From Anaeromyxobacteraceae bacterium (lineage in GTDB: Bacteria > Myxococcota > Myxococcia > Myxococcales > Anaeromyxobacteraceae), in the NCBI GenBank assembly GCA_032654565.1, contig JAULAX010000005.1, forward strand, positions 160,001 through 224,000: a stretch of DNA of 64,000 nt, given 5' to 3'. A program made the position numbers and the translations under genes. Below the pieces are notes generated by a model. That model made no database searches. It was not told the origin of the DNA and was given only the letters and a program-made list of their open reading frames with translations. Below are positions 22,721-32,422 of this stretch, one piece after another (position 1 is the stretch's first letter; every line of letters starts with the position of its first letter).

Positions 22721-24106
22721 ATGCCCCACCGTCCCTTCCCGCCCGGCTTCCTCTGGGGCGTCGCCACCTCGGCCTTCCAGATCGAGGGGGCCTCCACCGC
22801 CGAGGGGCGGGGCGAGTCGATCTGGGATCGCTTCGCCGCCACCCCGGGGGCCATCGAGGACGGCAGCGACGGCACCGTGGCCTGCGACCACTTCCGCCGC
22901 TGGCCGGAGGACGTGGCGCTGATGCGCGGCCTCGGGCTCAACGCCTACCGCTTCTCGATCGCCTGGCCGCGGGTCCAGCCGCTGGGGCGGGGCGCGCTCA
23001 ACCCCGCCGGCCTCGACTTCTACGACCGGCTGGTCGACGGCCTGCTCGAGGCCGGGCTGGCGCCCATGGCCACGCTCTACCACTGGGACCTGCCGCAGGC
23101 GCTCCAGGACCGCGGCGGCTGGGGCTCGCGCGACACCGCCTCGGCCTTCGTCGACTACGCCGCGGCCGTCTCGATGCGGCTCGGGGACCGGGTGCGGCAG
23201 TGGGTGACGCACAACGAGCCCTGGTGCATCGCCACCCTGGGCCACGAGCAGGGGGCCCACGCCCCCGGGCTGCGCGACCCGGCGCTGGCGCTGCGGGCCG
23301 CCCACCACGTCCTGCTCTCGCACGGCTGGGCGGTGCCGGTGCTGCGGCGCAACGCCCCCGGCGCCGAGGTGGGCATCGTCCTCATCGCCTCGCATGTCGA
23401 GCCGGCCTCGCCGAGCGAGGCCGACCGCGACGCCGCCCGCTGGTTCGACGGCTTCTTCAACCGCTGGTATCTCGACCCGGTCTTCCGCGGCAGCTACCCG
23501 GCCGACGCGGTCGAGGACCGGGTGCGGCGCGGGCAGCTCCCCCCCGGCCCGCTCCCCTTCGTGCAGCCGGGCGACCTGGCCGCCATCCAGGCCCCGCTCG
23601 ACTTCCTCGGCCTCAACTACTACAGCCGCGCCGTGCTCTCCGGCGCCCCCGGCCCGGCCGGCGAGCCGGCCCCCCGCACCCTGGCCATGGCCCCCCCCGA
23701 GGCGCTCACCGACATGGGCTGGGAGGTCTGGCCGCAGGGGCTGGAGGACGTGCTGCGCCGCATCCACCGGGAGTACCAGCCGCCCCGCATCTACATCACC
23801 GAGAACGGCGCCGCCTACGCCGACGGCCCCAACGGCGACGGCCGGGTCCACGACGCGCGGCGCCGCGCCTTCCTGGCCGGCCACCTCGGGGCCCTGCGGC
23901 GGGCCATCGCCGCCGGGGTGCCGGTGGCCGGGTACTACCACTGGTCGCTGCTCGACAACTTCGAGTGGGGCCACGGCTACACCAAGCGCTTCGGCCTGGT
24001 CCACGTCGACTACGCCACCCAGCACCGCACCCTGAAGGACAGCGCGCTGTACTACCGCGACGTCGTGGCCGCCAACGCGGTCCCCGACGACGCCCCGTCA
24101 CCGTGA
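22721..24106 (+). CDS. GH1 beta-glucosidase
   Basis: FLWGVATSAFQIEG, YRFSIAWPR, THNEP, YITENG, WSLLDNFEW. Confidence 0.95.
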   Translation: MPHRPFPPGFLWGVATSAFQIEGASTAEGRGESIWDRFAATPGAIEDGSDGTVACDHFRRWPEDVALMRGLGLNAYRFSIAWPRVQPLGRGALNPAGLDFYDRLVDGLLEAGLAPMATLYHWDLPQALQDRGGWGSRDTASAFVDYAAAVSMRLGDRVRQWVTHNEPWCIATLGHEQGAHAPGLRDPALALRAAHHVLLSHGWAVPVLRRNAPGAEVGIVLIASHVEPASPSEADRDAARWFDGFFNRWYLDPVFRGSYPADAVEDRVRRGQLPPGPLPFVQPGDLAAIQAPLDFLGLNYYSRAVLSGAPGPAGEPAPRTLAMAPPEALTDMGWEVWPQGLEDVLRRIHREYQPPRIYITENGAAYADGPNGDGRVHDARRRAFLAGHLGALRRAIAAGVPVAGYYHWSLLDNFEWGHGYTKRFGLVHVDYATQHRTLKDSALYYRDVVAANAVPDDAPSP

Positions 24107-24113
24107 GGCTGAC

Positions 24114-27100
24114 ATGACGACCCTCCCCGCTCCCCGGCTCGCCCCCTCGCGGTCCCCGCGCCACGCGGCCGGCCTGCTGGCCCTGCTGCTGGCCCTGGCG
24201 CCGCTGGCCACCCCCGCCGCACCCGCCGCACCCGTCGCCACGGTGAAGGTGCTCTCCGGCCCGGGTGGACTGAAGCTGGCGGTCAACGGCCAGGACTTCA
24301 TGGTCCTCGGCATGAACTGGGACTACTTCCCCATCGGCACCAACTACAACTACAACTTCTGGGGCCAGCCCGACGACGTCATCGAGGCCGCCCTGGCCAA
24401 CGAGATGTCGCTGATGAAGCGCATGGGGGTCAACGCCGTGCGGCTCTACGCCGGCGTCCCGCCCCGCTGGATCGCCCACATCCACGAGAAGTACGGCATC
24501 TGGACCGTCCTCAACCACACCGTGGGGCGCTACGGCTACACCCTCGACGGCGCCTGGACCCAGAACGTCGACTACTCCAGCCCGCGCTTCCGCGCCGCGG
24601 TCAAGGCCGAGCTGGCGGCGCTGGTCGAGGAGTACAAGGGGACACCCGGCCTGCTGATGTGGCTGCTCGGCAACGAGAGCAACTACGGCCTCTCCTGGAG
24701 CTCGTTCGAGATCGAGGCGCTGCCCAGCGGCGAGCGCGACCACGCCAAGGCCAAGCACCTCTACTCGCTCTTCGGCGAGATCATCCGCGACACCAAGGCC
24801 CGCGACCCCAACCACCCGGTCTCGATCGCCAACGGCGACCTGCAGTACATCGATCTCATCGCCAGCGAGTGCCGGGGGCTGGACGTGCTCGGCGTCAACG
24901 CCTACCGCGGCAAGTCGATGGGCGACCTCTACGCGGTGGTCAAGGCCAAGCTGGGGGTGCCGGTGATGTTCACCGAGTTCGGCGCCGACGCCTTCGACGC
25001 CAGGCGCGGCAAGGAGGACGACCTCACCCAGGCCCGCTACCTGCTGGCCCAGTGGCGGGAGATCTTCGAGCAGTCGGCCGGCAAGGGGAAGGTCGGCAAC
25101 GCCGTGGGCGGCTTCACCTTCCAGTGGAGCGACGGCTGGTGGAAGTACAAGCAGGAGACCAACCTCGAGCTCCACGACACCAACGCCTCCTGGCCCAACG
25201 GCGGCTACGTCGAGGACTACGTGGAGGGCGAGAACAACATGAACGAGGAGTGGTGGGGGATCTGCGCCAAGGGGCAGCCCGACGACCGCGGCCTCTACGA
25301 GCTGCAGCCGCGCACCGCCTACTACGCGCTGCAGCAGGCCTTCCGCCTCGACCCCTACGGCCCGGCCACCACCGCGGCCGCCATCCAGGCCCACTTCTCC
25401 GCCATCGAGCCGGACGAGCTGGCCTTCCACTACCAGGCGGTCAAGGGGGCGGCGCTGGCCTCGACGCTGGGCGCGGTCCGGCTCTCCAACCTGCGGCTCT
25501 CCTTCGAGACCTACTCCACCGGCGGCAACAACCACTGGCAGCGCCCCACCCTGCCGAACGGCGGGCGCGGCTTCGACACCATGGAGTCGATGTACCTCGA
25601 GGCCACGGTGCAGCCCACCGAGAAGGTCACCGGCAAGGTCGAGGTCAACGTGCTCGGCAACGTGGCCCAGAACCCCATCGACGAGATCTACTACGAGCGG
25701 CACGGCAAGCCGGTGCAGCTCACCGGCGTGGTCGCCAACCCCGACGGAACCCTGTCGGCCGGCCCCAAGACCACGATCAGCGGCGCCGATCGGGTCCGCG
25801 TCTACCGGGCCAGCGTCGCCTGGGAGGACGCCTGGTTCCGCCTCGAGGGCTTCTACCGGACCGGCCACTACCACTGGGGCGCCGAGGGCGACGTCTTCGG
25901 CCTCTACCGGGAGGCCAACTACGGCGACCGGATCGACATCTACGACGCCAACACGCCGTCGGGCATGGAGATCACCGGCAAGCGGGCCCTCGACGGCCTG
26001 AAGGTGGCCTTCGGACCGCAGCTCTGGTGGGGGGCCAACCCGACGGTGATCGGCAAGTACCGGCGCAGCGTCGCCGGCCTCGATCTGACGCTGCTGCACC
26101 AGGAGGACGTGGCCCAGACCGGCGGCGTCGCCGGCATCTCGGCCATCATCCCGGAGAAGGCCGGCCGCCGCACCGCGCTGGCGCTGGAGACGCGGCTGCT
26201 CGGCGCCGGGGTGGAGCTGGGAGGAATCTGGTCGGGCTCGAGCCGGGTCGGCCAGGTCTTCCTCGACGACGCCAACCGCCCGGAGAAGATCCGCGCCCAG
26301 GACGCCTTCGGCGGCAAGGCCAAGGTCACCATCGAGCGCGGCACGCTGCACTGGTACGCCTCGGGCGCCTACATGGGGCTGGTGGCCAACGCCGGCCCCA
26401 CCGCCCGCGTCACCTACACCGGCTGGAGCCTGAAGGACAGCGGCTCCGGCAACCAGGTCAACGCCCTCACCGGCCTGGCCGCCACCTTCGGCATGTTCCA
26501 GATCGCCCCCAACTTCCTCTGGCAGAAGCCGCTGGTCGGCCCCGGCACCAGCGTCATCCCCTTCGGGCTGGGCGGCGCGGCCTCGCGCAACATCAACGCC
26601 GACCCCTTCGTGGTGCGGGGCAACCGCGAGACCATCGCCGGCGAGCTGATGCTGGTCTTCGACCCCACCCCGGCCACCTGGATGTGGGCCTGGGACAACG
26701 ACCTGCGCGAGGACGCCCCCTTCGCCGCCAGCCTCGACTTCGTCTTCCGCCACCAGCCCACCGCCGTGGACGCCACGCTCTTCTACGCCGCCGACGGCAT
26801 CACCCAGTACGCCTTCCAGCGCGGCGTCCCCGCCGCCGACGTCTGGGAGGTGAGCGCCCGGGTGGTCTCGGCGCCGCGCTCCGACCTGCGCCTGGTGGCC
26901 CACGCCTTCGCCGGCAACCAGCAGGCCAACGGCGAGAGCGTCCGCCAGCCCCGCCGCTACGGCGGCGACCTGCGGGTCACCTGGCGCTCGGTGGCGCTGG
27001 CGGCCCACGCCAAGTTCAACGACTGGGGGCCCTACGACTACTACCGGGACTTCAACCAGACCTTCCCGCTGCAGCTGATGGGCGACGTCTCCTACAACCT

Positions 27101-27266
27101 GGGTCCGGCCCGCTGGCTCTGGCTCAAGCAGACCAGCGTCGGCCTGCGCGCCACCTCGCGCTACCTGAACGGCTACTCGGGCGACCGCTACCTGCAGACC
27201 CGCGCCGACCCGCAGGCCTGGGGCCACGAGTACGAGCTGCGCACCTACCTCCTCGTCACCCTGTAG
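24114..27266 (+). CDS. Secreted clan GH-A hydrolase (GH2/GH158-like) fused to a probable outer-membrane beta-barrel
   Basis: Signal peptide; WLLGNES and FTEFGAD catalytic motifs; the C-terminal ~590 aa are rich in amphipathic strands and end YELRTYLLVTL. Confidence 0.7.
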   Translation: MTTLPAPRLAPSRSPRHAAGLLALLLALAPLATPAAPAAPVATVKVLSGPGGLKLAVNGQDFMVLGMNWDYFPIGTNYNYNFWGQPDDVIEAALANEMSLMKRMGVNAVRLYAGVPPRWIAHIHEKYGIWTVLNHTVGRYGYTLDGAWTQNVDYSSPRFRAAVKAELAALVEEYKGTPGLLMWLLGNESNYGLSWSSFEIEALPSGERDHAKAKHLYSLFGEIIRDTKARDPNHPVSIANGDLQYIDLIASECRGLDVLGVNAYRGKSMGDLYAVVKAKLGVPVMFTEFGADAFDARRGKEDDLTQARYLLAQWREIFEQSAGKGKVGNAVGGFTFQWSDGWWKYKQETNLELHDTNASWPNGGYVEDYVEGENNMNEEWWGICAKGQPDDRGLYELQPRTAYYALQQAFRLDPYGPATTAAAIQAHFSAIEPDELAFHYQAVKGAALASTLGAVRLSNLRLSFETYSTGGNNHWQRPTLPNGGRGFDTMESMYLEATVQPTEKVTGKVEVNVLGNVAQNPIDEIYYERHGKPVQLTGVVANPDGTLSAGPKTTISGADRVRVYRASVAWEDAWFRLEGFYRTGHYHWGAEGDVFGLYREANYGDRIDIYDANTPSGMEITGKRALDGLKVAFGPQLWWGANPTVIGKYRRSVAGLDLTLLHQEDVAQTGGVAGISAIIPEKAGRRTALALETRLLGAGVELGGIWSGSSRVGQVFLDDANRPEKIRAQDAFGGKAKVTIERGTLHWYASGAYMGLVANAGPTARVTYTGWSLKDSGSGNQVNALTGLAATFGMFQIAPNFLWQKPLVGPGTSVIPFGLGGAASRNINADPFVVRGNRETIAGELMLVFDPTPATWMWAWDNDLREDAPFAASLDFVFRHQPTAVDATLFYAADGITQYAFQRGVPAADVWEVSARVVSAPRSDLRLVAHAFAGNQQANGESVRQPRRYGGDLRVTWRSVALAAHAKFNDWGPYDYYRDFNQTFPLQLMGDVSYNLGPARWLWLKQTSVGLRATSRYLNGYSGDRYLQTRADPQAWGHEYELRTYLLVTL

Positions 27267-27283
27267 GGGCGCGGCGCCTCGTC

Positions 27284-28198
27284 ATGTCGGGCCCGAGCAA
27301 GCAGCGGTTGATGGACACCGGCGTGGCCGCGGCGGGGGGGCTCCCCTACGCCACCGCCACGCGGGACGAGCTGGCGGCGCTGCTGCAGCGGGCGCTGGCG
27401 AAGGGGCTCCACGGCCTCTGCTTCAGCGCCTACCTGCCCGGGCAGAGCCCGGAGCTGGCCAGCCAGATCTCCGAGGCGCAGATCCTGGAGCGGCTGCGCC
27501 TGGTCCGCCCCACCACCCGCTGGGTCCGCAGCTTCTCCTGCACCGACGGGAACCAGGCCACGCCGCGCCTCGCCAAGCAGCTCGGCATGAAGACGCTGGT
27601 CGGCGCCTGGCTGGGGACCGACCTCGCCAAGAACGAGGCCGAGCTGGCCGGCGCCATCGAGGTGGCCCGGGCCGGCCACGCCGACATCCTGGCCATCGGC
27701 AACGAGGTGCTGCTGCGCGAGGACCTGCCCGAGTCGGCGCTCATCGACTACCTGCGGCGCGCCAAGGCGGCGGTGCCCGGCGTCCCGGTCTCCTACGTCG
27801 ACGCCTACTACCTGTTCGTGCAGCACCCGCGCCTGGTCGAGGCCTGCGACGTCATCCTCGCCAACTGCTACCCGTTCTGGGAGTACTGCGCGCTCGACCA
27901 GGCGCTGGCCTACATGAAGGAGATGTACGCCCGGGTGGTCCGCATCGCCGGCGGGCGGCAGGTGATCATCAGCGAGACCGGCTGGCCCAGCGCCGGTACC
28001 CCGGTCGGCGAGGCCGCGCCGTCGGTGGAGAACGCCCTGCGCTACCTGCTGGCCACGCTGGAGTGGACCGAGGCCGAGGGGATCGACCTCTTCTACTTCG
28101 CCGCCTTCGACGAGGCCTGGAAGGCCGGGCCGGAGGGGGACCGCGGCGTCACCTGGGGGCTCTGGGACCAGGACGGGAAGCCGAAGTATGCCCGGTAG
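27284..28198 (+). CDS. GH17 beta-1,3-glucanase/glucosidase, no signal peptide
   Basis: LAIGNEVL, NCYPFW, ISETGWPS, FYFAAFDEAWK. Confidence 0.85.
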   Translation: MSGPSKQRLMDTGVAAAGGLPYATATRDELAALLQRALAKGLHGLCFSAYLPGQSPELASQISEAQILERLRLVRPTTRWVRSFSCTDGNQATPRLAKQLGMKTLVGAWLGTDLAKNEAELAGAIEVARAGHADILAIGNEVLLREDLPESALIDYLRRAKAAVPGVPVSYVDAYYLFVQHPRLVEACDVILANCYPFWEYCALDQALAYMKEMYARVVRIAGGRQVIISETGWPSAGTPVGEAAPSVENALRYLLATLEWTEAEGIDLFYFAAFDEAWKAGPEGDRGVTWGLWDQDGKPKYAR

Positions 28199-28204
28199 GA
28201 CGCC

Positions 28205-29173
28205 GTGAGCCGGGCGCTGAGCCCGCGCGGGTTCGACCCGGCCTGGCTGGGGCGGGCCATCTGCTACTCCGGGTACCGCGACGGCCAGAGCCCCGACGCG
28301 CAGCGCTTCCCTTCGTACCCGCAGGTCCGCGAGGATCTGCTGCTGCTGGCCCGCCACTGGCGGGTGCTGCGGCTCTACGACTGCACCCGCCACGCCGAGC
28401 TGGTGCTGGAGGTGATCGAGCGCGAGCGGCTCCCGCTCAAGGTGATGCTGGGGGCCTGGCTGGCCGCCGAGGCCGACAACCCCGGCTGCCCCTGGGGCGG
28501 CCTCCACGGCCCGGCCCTGCTGGCCCGCAACGTCGCCGAGAACGGGCGGGAGCTGGAGCGGCTGGTCCGGCTGGCGCGGCGCCACCCCGAGGCGGTGGTG
28601 GCGGTCTCGGCCGGCAACGAGGCCTGCGTCGACTGGACCGACCACCTGGTGCCGCCGGCCCGGGTGGTGGGCTACGTGGAGGAGCTGCAGCGGCAGCTCC
28701 CCCAGCCGGTCACCTTCTGCGAGAACTACCTGCCCTGGCAGGAGAAGCTGGGGGCGCTGGCCGAGGCGGTGGACTTCATCTCGGTCCACACCTACCCGGC
28801 CTGGGAGGCCAAGGCGCCCGGCGAGGCCATCGCCTACACCGACGAGAACTGGCGGAGCGTGGCCGACCGCCACCCCGGCACGCCGGTGATCATCACCGAG
28901 GCCGGCTGGACCACCCGCTCCGGCGGCCGCGGCGTCCGCGCCGAGGACGCCACCCCGGCCAACCAGGCGGCCTACCTGGCCGGGCTCGACCGCTGGAGCC
29001 GCGAGCGCGGCGTCCTCACCTTCGTCTTCGAGGCCTTCGACGAATCCTGGAAGGGGGCCGCCGATCCGCTCGAGCCGGAGAAGCACTGGGGCCTCTTCAC
29101 CGTGGACCGCCGCCCCAAGCCGGCGGTGCAGCCGCTCTTCCCGGACCTGACACCCGCCGAGGCCGCGCCATGA
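28205..29173 (+). CDS. GH17-family hydrolase, no signal peptide
   Basis: ICYSGYR, SAGNEA, HTYPAW, ITEAGW, FEAFDESWK, EKHWGL. Confidence 0.82.
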   Translation: MSRALSPRGFDPAWLGRAICYSGYRDGQSPDAQRFPSYPQVREDLLLLARHWRVLRLYDCTRHAELVLEVIERERLPLKVMLGAWLAAEADNPGCPWGGLHGPALLARNVAENGRELERLVRLARRHPEAVVAVSAGNEACVDWTDHLVPPARVVGYVEELQRQLPQPVTFCENYLPWQEKLGALAEAVDFISVHTYPAWEAKAPGEAIAYTDENWRSVADRHPGTPVIITEAGWTTRSGGRGVRAEDATPANQAAYLAGLDRWSRERGVLTFVFEAFDESWKGAADPLEPEKHWGLFTVDRRPKPAVQPLFPDLTPAEAAP

Positions 29174-30276
29174 ACCTGACCGCCCTTCGCACCCCTGCCG
29201 CGCCCGCCCTGCTGCTGCTCGCCGGGCTGGGGCTGGGCTGCGCCACCCGCCCGCCCGGGCCGCCGCCGGCCGCCGCGGCCCCGGCCGACCCGGGCACGAC
29301 CTCCGCGACCACGCCGTCGGCGCCGGTCGCGCCGCGCTTCGAGCCGCGGCCGCTCCGCCCCTTCCTCGGCGACCGCTGGATCGGCCAGGGGATCTCCTAC
29401 GGCCCGCACCGCGACGGCCAGCGCCCCGGCGGCCCCTCGCCGACGCGCGCCCAGCTGCGCGAGGACCTGGCGCTGCTGCGCGGCACCTGGGGGCTGCTGC
29501 GGGTCTACGGCTCCGACCCGCCCACGCCCGAGCTGCTGGCGCTCATCCGCGAGGAGCGGCTCCCCTTCAAGGTGCTGCTGGGGGCCTGGATCGCCCCGGA
29601 GTCGGGCACCCCGGTGCCGGGCTCGCCCCGGGCGGTGGAGCGCGGGGCCCGCGAGGCCAACCGGGCCGAGGTGGCGGCGGCGGTGCGGCTGGCCAACGCC
29701 TACCCCGACCTGGTGCTGGCGCTGGTGATCGGCAACGAGACCCAGGTGGACTGGTCGGATCACCGGGTGGCGCCGGAGGTGCTGATCGGCTGGCTGCGCG
29801 AGGCCCGCCGCGGCGCCGCCCAGCCGGTGGCCACCGCCGACGACTTCGGCTTCTGGCTGCGGCCCGACGCCGAGCCGGTGGCGCGCGAGGTGGACTTCAT
29901 CGTCCTGCACGCCTACGCCATGTGGAACGGAAAGCCGCTGGAGGAGGCGCTGGCCTTCACGCAGGAGAAGTACGCGGCCACGGTGCGCCGGCACCCTGGC
30001 CTCACCGTGGTGATGGGCGAGGCCGGCTGGGCCACCCGCAAGCACACCGAGGGTGACCAGGGGAAGCTGATCAAGGGGACGCCGGGCGAGGCCGAGCAGC
30101 GGCGCTTCTTCGAGCAGTTCAACGGCTGGGTGAGGGCGGAGCGGATCACCAGCACCTGGTTCGAGGCCTTCGACGAGAACTGGAAGGGCGGCCCCCACCC
30201 CGACGAGGTGGAGAAGCACTGGGGGCTGTGGCGCGCCGACCGGACGCCCAAGGCGGCGGTGGCCGCGCCGCGCTGA
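29170..30276 (+). CDS. GH17-family lipoprotein
   Basis: Lipobox LGLGC; ISYGPHR, IGNET, MGEAGW, FEAFDENWK, EKHWGL. Confidence 0.82.
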   Translation: MNLTALRTPAAPALLLLAGLGLGCATRPPGPPPAAAAPADPGTTSATTPSAPVAPRFEPRPLRPFLGDRWIGQGISYGPHRDGQRPGGPSPTRAQLREDLALLRGTWGLLRVYGSDPPTPELLALIREERLPFKVLLGAWIAPESGTPVPGSPRAVERGAREANRAEVAAAVRLANAYPDLVLALVIGNETQVDWSDHRVAPEVLIGWLREARRGAAQPVATADDFGFWLRPDAEPVAREVDFIVLHAYAMWNGKPLEEALAFTQEKYAATVRRHPGLTVVMGEAGWATRKHTEGDQGKLIKGTPGEAEQRRFFEQFNGWVRAERITSTWFEAFDENWKGGPHPDEVEKHWGLWRADRTPKAAVAAPR

Positions 30277-30288
30277 AGCCGGGGCCGT

Positions 30289-30609
30289 TCAGCGCCCAGC
30301 CGCAACGCGAGCGAGCCAGTAGCTGGGGCGGCGCCGCAGGTGGGCGATGGCCAGGACGACGACCTCGTCCCCCTCCAGGACGTACCCGATCGCGAAGGGA
30401 AAGCGGGCCAGCAGGAACCTGCGGATTCCGTCGCTTTCGCGGCTGGCCGGCCAGATCGGCCAGGTCTCCGGGCGCTCGGCGATGGCGTTCAGCCCGCGCT
30501 GCACCTCGTCGGCGAGGTCGAGCCCGAGTCCGGGGAGCTGCAGCTCGTACCAGTCACCGGCCGAGGTGAGGTCGGCCACGGCTCCTGGATGGAGGCGGAT
30601 TCGCACCAC
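30289..30609 (-). CDS. RelE/ParE-family toxin
   Basis: IRLHPGAVADL...WYE...GLG, RRFLLARFPFAIGY, VLAIAHLRRRPSYW. Confidence 0.85.
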   Translation of the reverse strand: MVRIRLHPGAVADLTSAGDWYELQLPGLGLDLADEVQRGLNAIAERPETWPIWPASRESDGIRRFLLARFPFAIGYVLEGDEVVVLAIAHLRRRPSYWLARVAAGR

Positions 30610-30846
30610 CTACCTGGGAGGCCAGCGCTGGGCGAGCCGTGTCTTCACGGTCTCCCAGTCCTCGCCGGCGACCGACCCCTCACGGACCTCGCGACCGCGC
30701 TGCTCGAGCTCCGCGACCCAGCGCTCGGCCGCGTCTCCGTCGGCGCCATCGTCCAGGCTCAGGAGCAGCTCGTGTGCGATCCTGGCTCGCTCCCTGACCG
30801 GAAGGGCAAGGGCGTTGGAGAGCAGCTCGGAGGCCTCGGGTGCCAT
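30610..30846 (-). CDS. Addiction-module antitoxin
   Basis: ALALPVRERARIAHELLLSL...WVAELEQR...WETVK; abuts the toxin gene. Confidence 0.85.
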   Translation of the reverse strand: MAPEASELLSNALALPVRERARIAHELLLSLDDGADGDAAERWVAELEQRGREVREGSVAGEDWETVKTRLAQRWPPR

Positions 30847-30954
30847 GGCCCCGAGTATACCCAGGCGAGGCTGACGTCGCAGGGGCCCGATGAACGGCAG
30901 GGGGCTCCTTCTACCCGTTCCTCCAGCGCCGCCACCGACGGTCGATGCCGCGAC

Positions 30955-31332
30955 TCAGCCGTCGTCGTCGCCGGGCGGCTCCCAGGGGAGCGCCCCCTCG
31001 GCCTCGGCCAGCGTCCGCGTCCCCTCCCCCATGCCGTCGCTCCAGGGCTCGACCACCAGGTCGCGCGCCGTCACCTGGATCTGCCCGCCGTGCGCCGAGG
31101 CCACCAGGGCGGCCACCTTGTCGAGCGTCTCGGTGACGAAGGCGTGGTCGTTGCCGACGGCAGTGACCCCGACCACGCTCCGCTGCCAGAGGTCGTTCTC
31201 GGCCACCTCGGCGATGGAGACGTTGAAGCGGGCCCGGACCCGGTCGATGGCCGAGCGGAGCAGGTGGCGCTTCGACTTGAGCGAGCCGGGGGCCGGGAGG
31301 AAGAGGACCAGCCTGAGCACACCGACGAACAT
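30955..31332 (-). CDS. DUF503 (YlxP-like) protein
   Basis: MFVGVLRL...SLKSKR...RFNVSIAEV...DLWQR. Confidence 0.85.
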   Translation of the reverse strand: MFVGVLRLVLFLPAPGSLKSKRHLLRSAIDRVRARFNVSIAEVAENDLWQRSVVGVTAVGNDHAFVTETLDKVAALVASAHGGQIQVTARDLVVEPWSDGMGEGTRTLAEAEGALPWEPPGDDDG

Positions 31333-31408
31333 GGATCCCTCCGGCGACGTGAACCCAGCCTAGCCGAAGCGGCCGAGCGTTGTCGCCGACGAGGGTGGCA
31401 GCGCCGTG

Positions 31409-32421
31409 GAAGCCAACCGGGCGACGGCGCGGCGTCCCATGAATCCGACCGGGCGACGGCGCGGCGCCCCATGAAGCCGACCGGGCGACGGCGCGGCGTC
31501 GGCCGTGGCGCGAGTCTCGCAGCCCCTGGCCGCTCACACTCACGGTCACGCCCTGGCGAGAGGGCGCGCCGCAGGCGCGGCGAGCGCCGAGGCTGGCGTC
31601 GTGCCGGCGTCCCGGATCGGCGTCACACGAAGCCGACCGGGCGACGGTGCGGCGTCCCATGAATCCGACCGGGCGACGGCGCGGCGCCCCATGAAGCCGA
31701 CCGGGCGACGGTGCGGCGTCGGCCGTGGCGCGAGTCTCGCAGCCCCTGGCCGCCCACACTCACGGTCACGCCCTGGCGAGAGGGCGCGCCGCAGGCGCGG
31801 CGAGCGCCGAGGCCGGCGCCGTGCCGGCGTCCCGGATCGGCGTCACACGAAGCCGACCGGGCGACGGTGCGGCGTCGGCCGTGGCGCGAGTCTCGCAGCC
31901 CCTGGCCGCTCACACTCACGGTCACGCCCTGGCGAGAGGGCGCGCCGCAGGCGGGGCGAGCGCCGAGGCCGGCGTCGTGCCGGCGTCCCGGGTCGGCGTC
32001 ACACGAAGCCGACCGGGCGACGGTGCGGCGTCCCATGAATCCGACCGGGCGACGGCGCGGCGCCCCATGAAGCCGACCGGGCGACGGTGCGGCGTCGGCC
32101 GTGGCGCGAGTCTCGCAGCCCCTGGCCGCCCACACTCACGGTCACGCCCTGGCGAGAGGGCGCGCCGCAGGCGCGGCGAGCGCCGAGGCCGGCGCCGTGC
32201 CGGCGTCCCGGATCGGCGTCACACGAAGCCGACCGGGCGACGGTGCGGCGTCGGCCGTGGCGCGAGTCTCGCAGCCCCTGGCCGCTCACACTCACGGTCA
32301 CGCCCTGGCGAGAGGGCGCGCCGCAGGCGGGGCGAGCGCCGAGGCCGGCGTCGTGCCGGCGTCCCGGGTCGGCGTCACACGAAGCCGACCGGGCGACAGG
32401 TCGAAGCCGACCGGGCGACGG
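31409..32421. repeat. Composite non-coding tandem array: 28-nt core A and 128-nt unit B, arranged AAAB AAAB AB AAAB AB A'A'
   Basis: A = gaagccgaccgggcgacggYgcggcgtc (plus ccat between adjacent A copies); B at 31501, 31721, 31877, 32097, 32253; 376-bp super-repeat 31629-32004/32005-32380. Confidence 0.95.
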
Positions 32422-32422
32422 G

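Noticed and set aside
31409..32421. CRISPR array interpretation of the 28-nt repeats
   Set aside because: The intervening sequences are either 4 nt or near-identical 128-nt units rather than unique spacers, and no cas genes are in the window
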